A DNA stretch of 64,000 bases from Acidobacteriota bacterium (GCA_019244185.1 JAFATB010000020.1:83261-147260), one strand, 5' to 3'; shown: positions 19,561-29,034, counted from the first letter of the stretch. Numbers and translations are program-made. The notes: generated by a model from the letters alone, not told the origin.

Positions 19561-20523
19561 TTACTGCTTCTTCGTCGCGCCGGCGTTCGGCGTCGCGGGC
19601 GGCTGCGCGGTGGCCTGCGGCGCGGCGGGCGCACCGAAGTAGCTGTCGTTGAAGGTCGGCTTGGCGTTGGTCTTCATCGTGTCGAGCGCGGCCTGGACGC
19701 GCGCCTGGCGCTCGGTCTTCTCGATGGTGGCCTTGACCTGCTCGAACGGCGTGTAGCTGTGGTCCTGCACCTGGATGATGTGGTAGCCGAACTGCGTGCG
19801 CACGACCGGCGTGATGTCGCCGGGCTTCGCGTCGAACGCGGCCTTCTCGAACTCGGGGACCATCTGGCCGCGGCCGAACTCGCCGAGGTCGCCGCCGTTG
19901 CTGCCGGAGCCGGTGTCGTCCGACTCCTTCTTGGCGAGGTCTTCGAACTTCGCGGTGCCGGCGACGAGCTGCTTGCGGAGATCTTCCGCCTTCGCCTTGG
20001 CCTGTTCGTCGGTGAGCTCCGGCTTGCCGGACTGCGCGGCCGGGCTGCCCTTGAACGCGATGAGGATGTGGCGCGCCTTGACCTGCTCGTACTGCGACTT
20101 GTTCGCGTCGTACTTCGCCTTGAGGTCGGCGTCGGTGAGGTTGATGTTCTTCTCGATCTTCTGCAGCTGCGCGTTGGCGACGAGGTTCTCGCGCATCAGG
20201 TTGAGCTGCTGGATGACCTCGGGATCCTTATCGAGACCGTTCTTGAGGCCTTCCGAGGCGAGCATCTTCATGCGCAGGTAATCCTCGGCGAACTGCTTCT
20301 TGCCGGGGCCCTGGGCGTACTGCTGATACTCGGCCGGGAGCGTCTTGAGAGCGTTCTCGAATTCCGACTGCCGGATCGTCACGTCGCCCGCGGCGATGAT
20401 GATCGGGTCGGTCGCGGCGGTGGCCGCCTGCTGCTGGGCCGGCGCCGGCGTGGCCGGCTGCTGGGCGAATCCGATCGAGGCCACGAACGCGGTCGCGATC
20501 ACGGTGGAAATGGTCTTTTTCAC
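19561..20523 (-). CDS. Parvulin-type peptidyl-prolyl isomerase (PrsA/SurA-like)
   Basis: Signal peptide; VKARHILI, GGDLG, MVPEFE, TQFGYHII; AAGGAG RBS before GTG. Confidence 0.92.
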   Translation of the reverse strand: MKKTISTVIATAFVASIGFAQQPATPAPAQQQAATAATDPIIIAAGDVTIRQSEFENALKTLPAEYQQYAQGPGKKQFAEDYLRMKMLASEGLKNGLDKDPEVIQQLNLMRENLVANAQLQKIEKNINLTDADLKAKYDANKSQYEQVKARHILIAFKGSPAAQSGKPELTDEQAKAKAEDLRKQLVAGTAKFEDLAKKESDDTGSGSNGGDLGEFGRGQMVPEFEKAAFDAKPGDITPVVRTQFGYHIIQVQDHSYTPFEQVKATIEKTERQARVQAALDTMKTNAKPTFNDSYFGAPAAPQATAQPPATPNAGATKKQ

Positions 20524-20528
20524 GAGAT

Positions 20529-20564
20529 CTCCTTCTTGCGGTCTTTCGGGACCGCGAAGAGGAA
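20529..20564 (-). promoter_or_regulatory. Leader hairpin sequestering the PPIase Shine-Dalgarno sequence
   Basis: UUCC-UCUU-c-GCGGUC-ccgaaa-GACCGC-AAGA-a-GGAG, 5 nt before GTG. Confidence 0.45.
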
Positions 20565-20618
20565 CGGGCCGAACCGCGGCGAGATTCCCCGCGGCGGACA
20601 CGGCATTTGCCTCGCGCG

Positions 20619-21830
20619 CTACAGCTTGCGCAGGGCCGCGTCCATGCGCGCGACGCCCTCGCGGATGCGCTCCATCGACGTCGCGTAGCTGATGCGGATG
20701 TAGTCGTCCGCGCCGAACGCGCCGCCGGGCACGACCGCGACGCGCGCCTCGTCGAGCAGATAGCTCGCAACGGACTGCGAGTCGGTGATCCCGCGCTTGC
20801 CGAAATACGCGCTCACATCCGGAAAGATGTAGAACGCGCCATCCGGATCGGTGCAGCAGATGCCGGGAATGCCGTTGATCGCGGGAACGAGCCACGCACG
20901 GCGGTCGCGATACGCGTCGTACATCCGCTGCACGTCTTCGTTCGCGCCGTCGAGCGCCGCGAGCGCGGCCATCTGCGTGATCGTGCTCGGGTTCGACGTG
21001 GAGTGGCTCTGGATCTTGCCGAGCGCGGTGACGATGTCGGGATGCGCGACGGCGTAGCCGAGGCGCCAGCCGGTCATCGCGAACGTCTTCGACATCGAGT
21101 TCACGACCGCAATCGTCTCGGGATACTGCTCGAACCAGCGCATCGCCGACGCGTGCTCGTGGCCGCCGTAGACGAAGAGCTCGTAGGTCTCGTCGAAGAC
21201 GAGGAACGCGTCGCGCGCGACGCACCACTCGACGATGCGTGCGAGCTCCGACTCGCGGATGACGGCGCCGGTGGGATTGCACGGCGAGTTGAGGATCACG
21301 CCGCGCGTGCGGCTCGTGGCGACGGCCTCGATGTCCTGCAGGCGCGGGCGGAACCCTTCCGCCGGATCGGCCGGCGCGAAGACGGGCGTGCCGCCCGCGA
21401 ACGAAACCTGGTCGGGAAAGCTGACCCAGTACGGCGACGGGATGATGACCTCGTCGCCGGGACGCACGAGCGCGAGCGCGAGATTGAACAGCTCCTGCTT
21501 GCCGCCGTTGCCGGCGATGACGTGCTCCGCGCCGAGCGACGTGCCGTAGCGCCGGTTGTAGCGCCGCGCGATCGCCTCGCGGAGTGACTTGAGCCCGCTC
21601 GCGTTCGTGTACTTCGTGAGCCCTTCATCGATGGCGCGCTTCCCCGCCGCGGCGATCGACGACGGCGTCCCGAAGTCGGGCTCGCCGGCGCCGAAATCGA
21701 CGACGTCGACGCCTTCGGCGATGCGCGCGGTGGCGCGGTTGAGCACCGCCAGCGTCGGCGACTCCTGCATCGCCGTCACGCGCTCCGAAAAGCGGATCGC
21801 CGGACGCGTCGTCGGGGTGGTGGTGGTCAT
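20619..21830 (-). CDS. PLP-dependent class I aminotransferase (aspartate aminotransferase-like)
   Basis: GEPDF, NSPCNPTG, DETY, SMSKTFAMTGWRLGY. Confidence 0.93.
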   Translation of the reverse strand: MTTTTPTTRPAIRFSERVTAMQESPTLAVLNRATARIAEGVDVVDFGAGEPDFGTPSSIAAAGKRAIDEGLTKYTNASGLKSLREAIARRYNRRYGTSLGAEHVIAGNGGKQELFNLALALVRPGDEVIIPSPYWVSFPDQVSFAGGTPVFAPADPAEGFRPRLQDIEAVATSRTRGVILNSPCNPTGAVIRESELARIVEWCVARDAFLVFDETYELFVYGGHEHASAMRWFEQYPETIAVVNSMSKTFAMTGWRLGYAVAHPDIVTALGKIQSHSTSNPSTITQMAALAALDGANEDVQRMYDAYRDRRAWLVPAINGIPGICCTDPDGAFYIFPDVSAYFGKRGITDSQSVASYLLDEARVAVVPGGAFGADDYIRISYATSMERIREGVARMDAALRKL

Positions 21831-21864
21831 GATCGCAACCGACGTTGTATCACTCCGCGCGCGT

Positions 21865-23049
21865 TCACGCGAAACGGCGGTCGAGCGTACGCCGCAAACC
21901 CGTCCACGCCGCCGGCGCCTGCCGCGCCGCGAGGAGCCGCACGCCCTCGAACGCACACCACCCCGCGTACACCCACATCATCTCCACGCGGATCGACGGC
22001 ACGCAGAACTGCACGAGCCAGAACACGAAGAGGATCAGCGCCTCGTACATCACCAGCTCGAGATTCAGCAGCAGCAGGAAGCCGAGCAGCGACTGCAGGA
22101 TCGTCAAGAGGATCTCGTGGCGCTGGAACTCGTCGAAGACCAATGGCTTGATCTCGCCGGCGCTGATGACGAACAGCACCGGGATCATCGCCGAGAGGAT
22201 GCTCCACTGGTTGATGTTCGACGAGACCATGTTCATCAGCGCGATCGGCGCGGCGGTGATGCGGCGCGCCCAGTTGAACGCGCTGAGCTTCTCCGGAAAC
22301 TCGGAGAGGAACGGCGCGACCCACTGCACGAACACGAACGTCGGCACGCCCATCGACGTGGCGATGGCGAGCATCGACTCGAGGAACGGATGCGCGGCGA
22401 AAAAGAGGATCGCGCCGCCGATGAGAAAGAGCCCGGCGATCGAGAAGTTGCGCGCACGCGGCGAGAGGCTGAGGATCTTGCGCGGGATGTAGTCGAGGTC
22501 CTCGAGCGCTTCTTCCTCTTCCTCGCGCGGCGGGATCTTCCAGAGCACGAAGAGGTACGCGAAGTAGAAGAAGCTGAGCGGGAAGGCGTCCCACAGCGAG
22601 AGCGTCCCTTTCCACCAGATGAAGAAGAAGTAGAGGATCGGCAGCAGCAGTCCGAAGATCTCGACGGAATGCTCGTCCTCGAGCTGCAGCTTGACGAAGC
22701 CGCGCGTCTGCTTCCAGCCGAACGCCGCGGCGACGAAGTAGATCATCGGCCAGCCGAGGCCGACGAGGAGGCGCAGACTCCCGGTGAAGTTCGCGATGGC
22801 GAGATGCGTCTGCGACGGATCCTTGCCCGCGTTCCACGCGATGACCGCTTCGACCGCGAACTCGGGGAGCGTCTGCAGCCACGCCAGAATCGCGAGCGCC
22901 AACCCTTGCGAGATCAGGAACTGCGCGGCCTCCGCGCCCCACGCGATGACGAACGCGGAGAGCAGAATGCTGGGGAACGTCCAGAGCGCCGAAAGCGGTG
23001 ACGCTTTCGCGGACGTCGCAATCCCGGTCTTGATCAGCTTCAGTATCAT
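21865..23049 (-). CDS. CaCA family cation:H+/Na+ antiporter
   Basis: Alpha repeats TLPEFAVE..ANFTGS and PFLSEFPE..SSNINQW. Confidence 0.8.
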   Translation of the reverse strand: MILKLIKTGIATSAKASPLSALWTFPSILLSAFVIAWGAEAAQFLISQGLALAILAWLQTLPEFAVEAVIAWNAGKDPSQTHLAIANFTGSLRLLVGLGWPMIYFVAAAFGWKQTRGFVKLQLEDEHSVEIFGLLLPILYFFFIWWKGTLSLWDAFPLSFFYFAYLFVLWKIPPREEEEEALEDLDYIPRKILSLSPRARNFSIAGLFLIGGAILFFAAHPFLESMLAIATSMGVPTFVFVQWVAPFLSEFPEKLSAFNWARRITAAPIALMNMVSSNINQWSILSAMIPVLFVISAGEIKPLVFDEFQRHEILLTILQSLLGFLLLLNLELVMYEALILFVFWLVQFCVPSIRVEMMWVYAGWCAFEGVRLLAARQAPAAWTGLRRTLDRRFA

Positions 23050-23078
23050 CGGCGCGCGCATTCTATTGTGCGGATCGC

Positions 23079-23762
23079 ATGATCACCAGCCGCCACAACC
23101 CGCGTTTCAAACGCATTCGCGATGCCATCCGCGAGCACGCGGACGAGATCGTGCTCGAAGGTCCGAAGGCGGTTGCGGACGCGGTCGCCAGCGGCTGGAA
23201 GCCGATCGAGATCGTCGAGCGCGACGTCGACGTGTCGTCGGAGCTCTTCGATCTGCTCGCCGACACGAAGTCGCCGCAGCACACGATCGGCCTCTTCGAG
23301 CGTCCCCGCGCGCACGCGACCGCGATCCTCGCGCGGCGCGCGACCGTGATCGTCGCGCTCGATGCGGTGCAGGATCCCGGCAACGTCGGCACGATCGTGC
23401 GCCTCGCCGCCGCCTTCGACGCCGCGGGCGTGCTGCTCCTCCCCGGCTGCGCCGATGCGTTCGGACCGAAAGCGATCCGCGCATCGGTCGGCGCGATCCT
23501 CAATGTGCCGGTCGCCGCCGTGACCGCGCGCGAGCTGCTCGACTGCGGCCTGACGCTGTACGCGGCGGACGCCGGCGGCGCGTGCGTCGATCCGCCGTCG
23601 CGCGACGCGGTCTTCGTCTTCGGCAACGAAGGCGCGGGCGTCTCCGACGAGCTCGCGCGCGCGGCGCAGCCGATCGCGATTCCGATGTCGGCGCGCGTGG
23701 AGTCGCTCAACGTGGCGTCGAGCGCGGCGATCCTGTTGTCGCGGAGTTTCTCGCTGCGGTGA
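23079..23762 (+). CDS. TrmH/SpoU family RNA methyltransferase
   Basis: QDPGNVGTIVR, GNEGAG, IPM..ESLNV. Confidence 0.92.
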   Translation: MITSRHNPRFKRIRDAIREHADEIVLEGPKAVADAVASGWKPIEIVERDVDVSSELFDLLADTKSPQHTIGLFERPRAHATAILARRATVIVALDAVQDPGNVGTIVRLAAAFDAAGVLLLPGCADAFGPKAIRASVGAILNVPVAAVTARELLDCGLTLYAADAGGACVDPPSRDAVFVFGNEGAGVSDELARAAQPIAIPMSARVESLNVASSAAILLSRSFSLR

Positions 23763-23773
23763 GCGGCGCGCGG

Positions 23774-23944
23774 TCAGCCGCGCGCGGGAATGCGGATGCC
23801 GAGGCGTTCGAGCGACGCGCGCGTGACCGGCACGAGGCGCCCGCCGACGCGCACGAGGTACTCCGGCTGCGCCGGTTCGCGCCGATCGGTGTCGGATTTG
23901 GCCGCGTCGGGGCGGTCGGGGCGAATGGCGAGCACAACTTGCAT
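23774..23944 (-). CDS. 56-aa hypothetical microprotein
   Basis: MQVVLAIRP...PEYLVRVGGRLVPVTRASLERLGIRIPARG; preceded by motif copy 2. Confidence 0.5.
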   Translation of the reverse strand: MQVVLAIRPDRPDAAKSDTDRREPAQPEYLVRVGGRLVPVTRASLERLGIRIPARG

Positions 23945-23950
23945 CCTCCG

Positions 23951-23980
23951 AGGAGAGTCGGCAGCGAGAAAATCCCTACC
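23951..23980 (-). promoter_or_regulatory. Copy 2 of motif GGTAGGGATT-N15-CTCCT
   Basis: Exact 10-mer 26 nt upstream of ATG 23944, same distance as copy 1. Confidence 0.55.
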
Positions 23981-24031
23981 CTCCTTCGTGTGAACTCCCG
24001 CGAAAGGCTTCCGTAGAATGCTCGCATCCGC

Positions 24032-25444
24032 ATGCCGCCGTCGCTTCCCGACAACTTCCTCGAGCTGATGCACGATCCGGCGATCGTGTTCGAGCCGGAG
24101 CAAGAGATCGTGCTGGACGTGAACGCGCGCGCGTGCGACGTTTACGGCCGCGCGCGGAACGAGTTCATCGGCCTCTCGCTGCGGCAGATCTCGCACGATC
24201 CCGACACCGGCATGCGGCGCATCGAGGAGACGCTGGCGCAGCCGTCCGCGAGCGCGTTCCGCACCGTGCAGTTCCGCCGCGACGGACGCGAGCTCGTCAT
24301 CGCCGTGCGCGCGACGCCGATCGACTATCAGGGACGCACGGCCATTCTCTCGATCAATCGCGAGGTCGAGCACGACGCCGGCAGTGATGCGATCGTGCAG
24401 GTCGACGACCGCGTCGCGGACTGGCAGTTCACGCTCGACTCGCTCCCCGCGGCCGTGCTGCATCTCGACGACGACAGACGGATCCTGCACGCGAATCGCC
24501 GCGCGCGAGAGATCGCCGGCATCCACGATGCCGCGACCTTGATCGGCCGCGTTCTCGAAGACGCGGGCGACGGCGAGCCGTGGTCGGGCGCGGCGCGGCT
24601 CCTGCGCCTCGCGCGCGAGAACGACGTCTCGATGACCGGCAAGGTCGACGACGAGTCGCACCGCTCGTGGAGCGTGTCGGCGACGCCCGCGCCGCGCGGC
24701 AGCCGCATGCGCAGCGTGGTCGTGCTCAGCGACATCACGGCCATCGCCGATCTCGAGGCGGAGATGCACCGCGTCGAGGCGATGGCGGAATTCGGCCAGG
24801 TCGTGGCCGGCGTCGCGCACGAAGTCCGCACGCCGCTCTTCGCGCTGGCGACGACGCTCGAAGTGCTGCAAGGCTCGATCGGCGCGGGCGACGAACGCGC
24901 GCGGCTCCGCTTCGAGATGATGCGCGCGCAGATCATGCGCCTCAACGCGCTGATGCACGACCTGCTCGAGTACGGCAAAGCGCCCGCGCTCGACGTCGCG
25001 CCGCAGACGCTGACGCACTCGATCGCCGATGCGCTGCAGTTGAATGCCGAAGCCGCGCGCACGCGCGGCGTCACGTTGCGCAACGAGTTCCCCGCCGCCG
25101 CGCCGCTCGTGCTCATCGACGCGTCGCGCATGATCACGGCCCTGCGCAACGTCATCGAGAACGCGTTGCAGCACGCGCCGGCGCAATCGGAAGTCGTCGT
25201 ACGCGGCGGCACGAACGCCGCTCAGGATCGCGTGCTCTGCGTCATCGAAGACGCGGGCGCGGGCTTCCGCGCGCAGGACCTGCCGTCGGTGATGGAGCCG
25301 TTCTTCACGCGCCGCTCCGGCGGCACGGGACTCGGCCTCGCCATCGTGCACCGCATCGTCGAGCTGCACGGCGGCAGCGTGACCGCGGAGAATCGCGCCG
25401 AAGGCGGCGCGCGCATCACCATCGAGTTGCCGCGCGCGAGCTGA
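24032..25444 (+). CDS. Cytoplasmic PAS-PAS histidine kinase
   Basis: Two PAS segments; H-box AHEVRTPL; N, G1, F (EPFFT) and G2 (GGTGLGL) boxes; no TM. Confidence 0.92.
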   Translation: MPPSLPDNFLELMHDPAIVFEPEQEIVLDVNARACDVYGRARNEFIGLSLRQISHDPDTGMRRIEETLAQPSASAFRTVQFRRDGRELVIAVRATPIDYQGRTAILSINREVEHDAGSDAIVQVDDRVADWQFTLDSLPAAVLHLDDDRRILHANRRAREIAGIHDAATLIGRVLEDAGDGEPWSGAARLLRLARENDVSMTGKVDDESHRSWSVSATPAPRGSRMRSVVVLSDITAIADLEAEMHRVEAMAEFGQVVAGVAHEVRTPLFALATTLEVLQGSIGAGDERARLRFEMMRAQIMRLNALMHDLLEYGKAPALDVAPQTLTHSIADALQLNAEAARTRGVTLRNEFPAAAPLVLIDASRMITALRNVIENALQHAPAQSEVVVRGGTNAAQDRVLCVIEDAGAGFRAQDLPSVMEPFFTRRSGGTGLGLAIVHRIVELHGGSVTAENRAEGGARITIELPRAS

Positions 25445-25464
25445 GTCGCGGCGCGCGAGGTTCT

Positions 25465-25836
25465 TCAGCCGTTGGCGATCAACTGCGTGGCCACGGTCGC
25501 CACCTGCCAGATCGGCACGGTCTTCTGCAGGAACGCGTGCGCGCCGCGATGCATCGCCTCGCGCTCGATCTCGCTCGTGCCGTACGCCGTCAGCACGATC
25601 ACCTTCGCCGCGCCCCTCGCGCGGAGATAGCTCACAAGCTCGAGTCCCTCGGCGGCGCGGAACCCGGTGAGATGCACGTCGGTGATCACGGCGTCGTACT
25701 GCTTCGACGTCGCGAGCAGCTCCGCTTCTTCCGTGCGCCGCGCGCAGTCGACGTCCCAGCCCTGTTCGGTGAAGTAATCGTGCATCGCGAAAACGATCGA
25801 TTCGTCGTCGTCGACGATCAGTAGCCGTGCCGGCAT
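25465..25836 (-). CDS. Single-domain response regulator
   Basis: LLIVDDD, ITDVHL (phospho-Asp), LTAYG, FLQK. Confidence 0.88.
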   Translation of the reverse strand: MPARLLIVDDDESIVFAMHDYFTEQGWDVDCARRTEEAELLATSKQYDAVITDVHLTGFRAAEGLELVSYLRARGAAKVIVLTAYGTSEIEREAMHRGAHAFLQKTVPIWQVATVATQLIANG

Positions 25837-25909
25837 GCGGATCTCCCTGGCCGCGGCTGACTTGCCGCGCTGCGACGTGCGTGACTGCGTTTCGGCGTTT
25901 TTCACAGGT

Positions 25910-26734
25910 TCACTCCAGCGCCCGGCGCGACAGATGCGCGACGATGAATGCCATTTCAGAACGGTCGTCGCCGAAGGCGACGTAGTACGCGCCGTCGTCG
26001 ATCCAGATGACGGTCGTGCGGCCGTCGGCGCGCGTCGACGCGACGAGCCGTCCGCCCGCGGCGCTGCAGCTCTGCATCGCGCGCTCCGCGGCGCGTCCGA
26101 TGGCCAGCATCTCCCGCGCGCTCAGATCGTCGGTGCCGACGAAGCCCACCGGCACGATCGAGTCGGCCGTTTCCGGCGCGCGCAGAAACGACAGCCCCAC
26201 CGCGTGACGATCGCGCAGCGCCGCGCGCAGCTCATCGCGCGCCGCCGCCGCAAGCGGTCCCCACCAGCCGTCGGCGGAGTGCGCGAGCAGCTCTGCGGAC
26301 GTGAACGTGAGGCTCGGGTCGTACTGCTCGATCTTCGCCGGACGCCACTGCGGCGCCGGTTGTCCGGCGAGCTGCAGCAGCGTCTCGGCGTTGTGCTGCA
26401 GGAGCGCGGTGCGCAGGACGTCGAACGAGACGATGCCGCGCTCGACGAGCGTCTCGCCGAACGGCGTCCCGCTCGCGCGGCAATCGCGAAAAATGAGCTG
26501 CAGCGAATGCTCGCTCAGCGTGCATGCGTGCCGCAGCCGATCCGTGAGACGCGTCGGCATCATCGACGAGGCGGCCCAGCACACGCGCCCCGATTGCACC
26601 AGCACGATGCCCTGCGATGCGCTGCCGAACGAGAGGCTTCCCGACTGCCCCGCATGCAGCTCGTCGATCGTCTCGAGGAGCACGCACAGGCGGTCGAAGC
26701 GATTCGTCTCGCGCACTTCCGGCGACGCGCTCAC
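25910..26734 (-). CDS. PATAN/DUF4388-like protein with possible C-terminal roadblock-like domain
   Basis: SGSLSF..GIVLVQSGRVCWA and FGETLVERGIV..LRTAL patterns; GTGA overlap with the upstream gene. Confidence 0.6.
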   Translation of the reverse strand: MSASPEVRETNRFDRLCVLLETIDELHAGQSGSLSFGSASQGIVLVQSGRVCWAASSMMPTRLTDRLRHACTLSEHSLQLIFRDCRASGTPFGETLVERGIVSFDVLRTALLQHNAETLLQLAGQPAPQWRPAKIEQYDPSLTFTSAELLAHSADGWWGPLAAAARDELRAALRDRHAVGLSFLRAPETADSIVPVGFVGTDDLSAREMLAIGRAAERAMQSCSAAGGRLVASTRADGRTTVIWIDDGAYYVAFGDDRSEMAFIVAHLSRRALE

Positions 26735-27099
26735 GCGTCCCCCTCCACGGCCGCGACTTCGCGGCGCATGACGGCCAGCAGCATGCCGAGGTTCGCGGTG
26801 TGCGCGCTGACGGCCGCGGCGACGATGCCGGGATGCTGCTTCAGCGCCTGACAGACATACGCGCGGCCGGCGGAAAGCATGATCACTTCCTGCGGATCGG
26901 CGTCGTCCGCGGAACGGAATGCACACGTCACGGCGCGCGTGTGCACGAAGAGCTCGCGCACGACGTCCGCCGCCGCATCCTCGGCGCCGCGCGACGCGAC
27001 CAGCGCGCCGTCGCGCACGTCGACCGCCATCGCCGCAATGCAGTCGGGCACTTCCGTTCGCAGCCGCGTCAGCAGATCGTCGATCACCGGGGTCCTCAT
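26731..27099 (-). CDS. Roadblock/LC7 (MglB-like) protein 3
   Basis: VPDCIAAMAVDVRDGALV..QEVIMLS..ANLGM. Confidence 0.75.
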   Translation of the reverse strand: MRTPVIDDLLTRLRTEVPDCIAAMAVDVRDGALVASRGAEDAAADVVRELFVHTRAVTCAFRSADDADPQEVIMLSAGRAYVCQALKQHPGIVAAAVSAHTANLGMLLAVMRREVAAVEGDA

Positions 27100-27103
27100 T
27101 GCG

Positions 27104-28561
27104 TCAGGTATTCAGCAGGCCGCGGCGGAGACGAAGAGCGGTGTCCGTGCGTCCGCGCAGCGCGGCCGCGGATTCGATCGACGCGAGCAGATCGGAGAGA
27201 CGATCGGGCGCCGCCGCGAGCTCGTCGCGCAACGACGCGAGCAGCTCGTGCTCGACGAACGCGGCGTCGTGTTCCGCGCGCACCGGCTGCGCAGGTGGCG
27301 GATAGTCGGCGCCACCGGCGTACACCGGCGCGCCGTTCGCGGACTGCGCGATGACTTCGAGCGTGACGCGTCCCGCGATACCGCTCTCGACGAGCACCTC
27401 GTTCGCTTGCGCGCGGAGATCGATGATCTCGAAGAGCTTCTCCCCCGCCGCGCGGCCGCGCATGCGCACCGCCTCGCGGCAGAGATCGCGCAGCGTTCGC
27501 GACGCGCGCACGATCTGCCACAGCCGCCACTCTCCCGCGACGGATGGCGCGAGCACGATGGCGCGCTCGGGCGAGAGGCGCGACGTCGCGGCGACATGCC
27601 ATCGCGCCCACGCGATCAATGCCTCGCGTCCCTGTTCGAGATCCGGAAATGACGCCGCGGCCGGCGACGAGATCTGCCAGCCGCCGGTCGTGCTCACGCC
27701 GCGCCACGTGCCCGCGTCGTCGCGCGCGATCGAGATCGTGTGGCGTGCCGCCTCGTGCACGATGACGCGGCCCTGCACCGGCGGCCACACCAGTCCCGGC
27801 GGAATGCTCGCGTCGGGAGGACGTGGACTCGACTCGTCCGACGCGACGTGCTCGGTCACGTGCGGTGTCACGGCGGTCTCGCCTTCGACGTCGAAGACCA
27901 CGCCGGATGTCTTCCTCTCCTCTTCCACGATCATCGCGAGGAGCTGATCGCCGCTTTCGACTTCCGGCGCGCGCGCATCGAGCAGGCCGTCGGCCCACAA
28001 CGCGCGGACGCGATCGAGCGCGAGGCGGATCGCGAGCACGAACGTCTCACGCACGCCTTCGCCGCGCTCGGCGACCGCTTCCGTCATCGCCAGCGACAGT
28101 CCGCTGCCGAACGCGTCGCGCAGATCGTCGAGCGAGATCGCGTCGCGCAGATCGCGTTTGTTCGCCTGAATGACGATGCCGACGGCGACGCGCTGCTGCG
28201 ATGCGATCTCGCGCAGGATCGCGTACGAGCGCCGGTTGTCCGGCATCCGTTCGGGAAGCGAGTCGACGACGAACACCACCGCGTCGGCGGTTGCGAGCAG
28301 CATCCGCCGCCGGTTTTCGAGCACGGTTTGCCCTGGCGCGCTGACGATCTGACAGCGGATGGGCATGCCTTCGAACAGGCCGCCCACGTAGTCGACCCAG
28401 TCGAAGTACAACGTCCGCCCGTCCTCCTCGGCCGCCGAGAAGATCTGCGTGCCGAGGCTCTGCGCGAGGGCGCGCAGCGACGTCGTCTTGCCGGCCTGCG
28501 CCGGTCCGTCGTACACGAGGCGTACGACGAGTTGTGCCCGTTCCGGATCGATCCGCGCCAC
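27104..28561 (-). CDS. MglA-type small GTPase with ~290-aa unknown C-terminal domain
   Basis: YDGPAQAGKTT, RTLYFD, SAPGQ, ANKRD, EAVA. Confidence 0.88.
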   Translation of the reverse strand: MARIDPERAQLVVRLVYDGPAQAGKTTSLRALAQSLGTQIFSAAEEDGRTLYFDWVDYVGGLFEGMPIRCQIVSAPGQTVLENRRRMLLATADAVVFVVDSLPERMPDNRRSYAILREIASQQRVAVGIVIQANKRDLRDAISLDDLRDAFGSGLSLAMTEAVAERGEGVRETFVLAIRLALDRVRALWADGLLDARAPEVESGDQLLAMIVEEERKTSGVVFDVEGETAVTPHVTEHVASDESSPRPPDASIPPGLVWPPVQGRVIVHEAARHTISIARDDAGTWRGVSTTGGWQISSPAAASFPDLEQGREALIAWARWHVAATSRLSPERAIVLAPSVAGEWRLWQIVRASRTLRDLCREAVRMRGRAAGEKLFEIIDLRAQANEVLVESGIAGRVTLEVIAQSANGAPVYAGGADYPPPAQPVRAEHDAAFVEHELLASLRDELAAAPDRLSDLLASIESAAALRGRTDTALRLRRGLLNT

Positions 28562-28583
28562 GATGTCAGTTCCTCGCAGGACG

Positions 28584-28615
28584 GCGGCAGCGCCTCGGCG
28601 TCGAAGCGCTGCCGC
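28584..28615 (-). promoter_or_regulatory. Intercistronic stem-loop between roadblock 2 and the GTPase gene
   Basis: GCGGCAGCGC/GCGCTGCCGC arms extend to about 14 bp on the minus-strand RNA; no U tract. Confidence 0.5.
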
Positions 28616-28627
28616 ACTCGGCGACAG

Positions 28628-28996
28628 CTACGTCAGGTTCGCGACGTGACGGGCGACGGACGTGCGCATGATCGCCAGGTTCGTCGTCGAGCGGTCGGCG
28701 GCGAGATAGATGAACGAGCCCGTGCCCACGAGCTTGATCAGATGCAGCTGATCGCTGAGCGTCAGCAGGATGTCCTCGAGCGCCGACGAGAGGCCGAGCG
28801 CGCGGATGGTCTTGTGCTTCTGCTTGACGATCTCGCTGTTGAACGCGCTGGCGGCGGCGAGATCGAAATCAGGACGGGCCGACTTGACGGCCAGCGTCAT
28901 TCCGGAATCGAGATCGACCAGCGACGCGGCGATGAATCCCGGCACTTCTCCCTGAATGCGTTCGAATGCGGCGACGACTTCTTTTTCCAATGCCAT
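28628..28996 (-). CDS. Roadblock/LC7 (MglB-like) protein 2
   Basis: VPGFIAASLVDLDSGMTL, LEDILLTLSDQLHLI, TNLA. Confidence 0.85.
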   Translation of the reverse strand: MALEKEVVAAFERIQGEVPGFIAASLVDLDSGMTLAVKSARPDFDLAAASAFNSEIVKQKHKTIRALGLSSALEDILLTLSDQLHLIKLVGTGSFIYLAADRSTTNLAIMRTSVARHVANLT

Positions 28997-29034
28997 GAGC
29001 TTCAGTCTCCTGTTGTTTGGTGGTTGGCGCTGCG

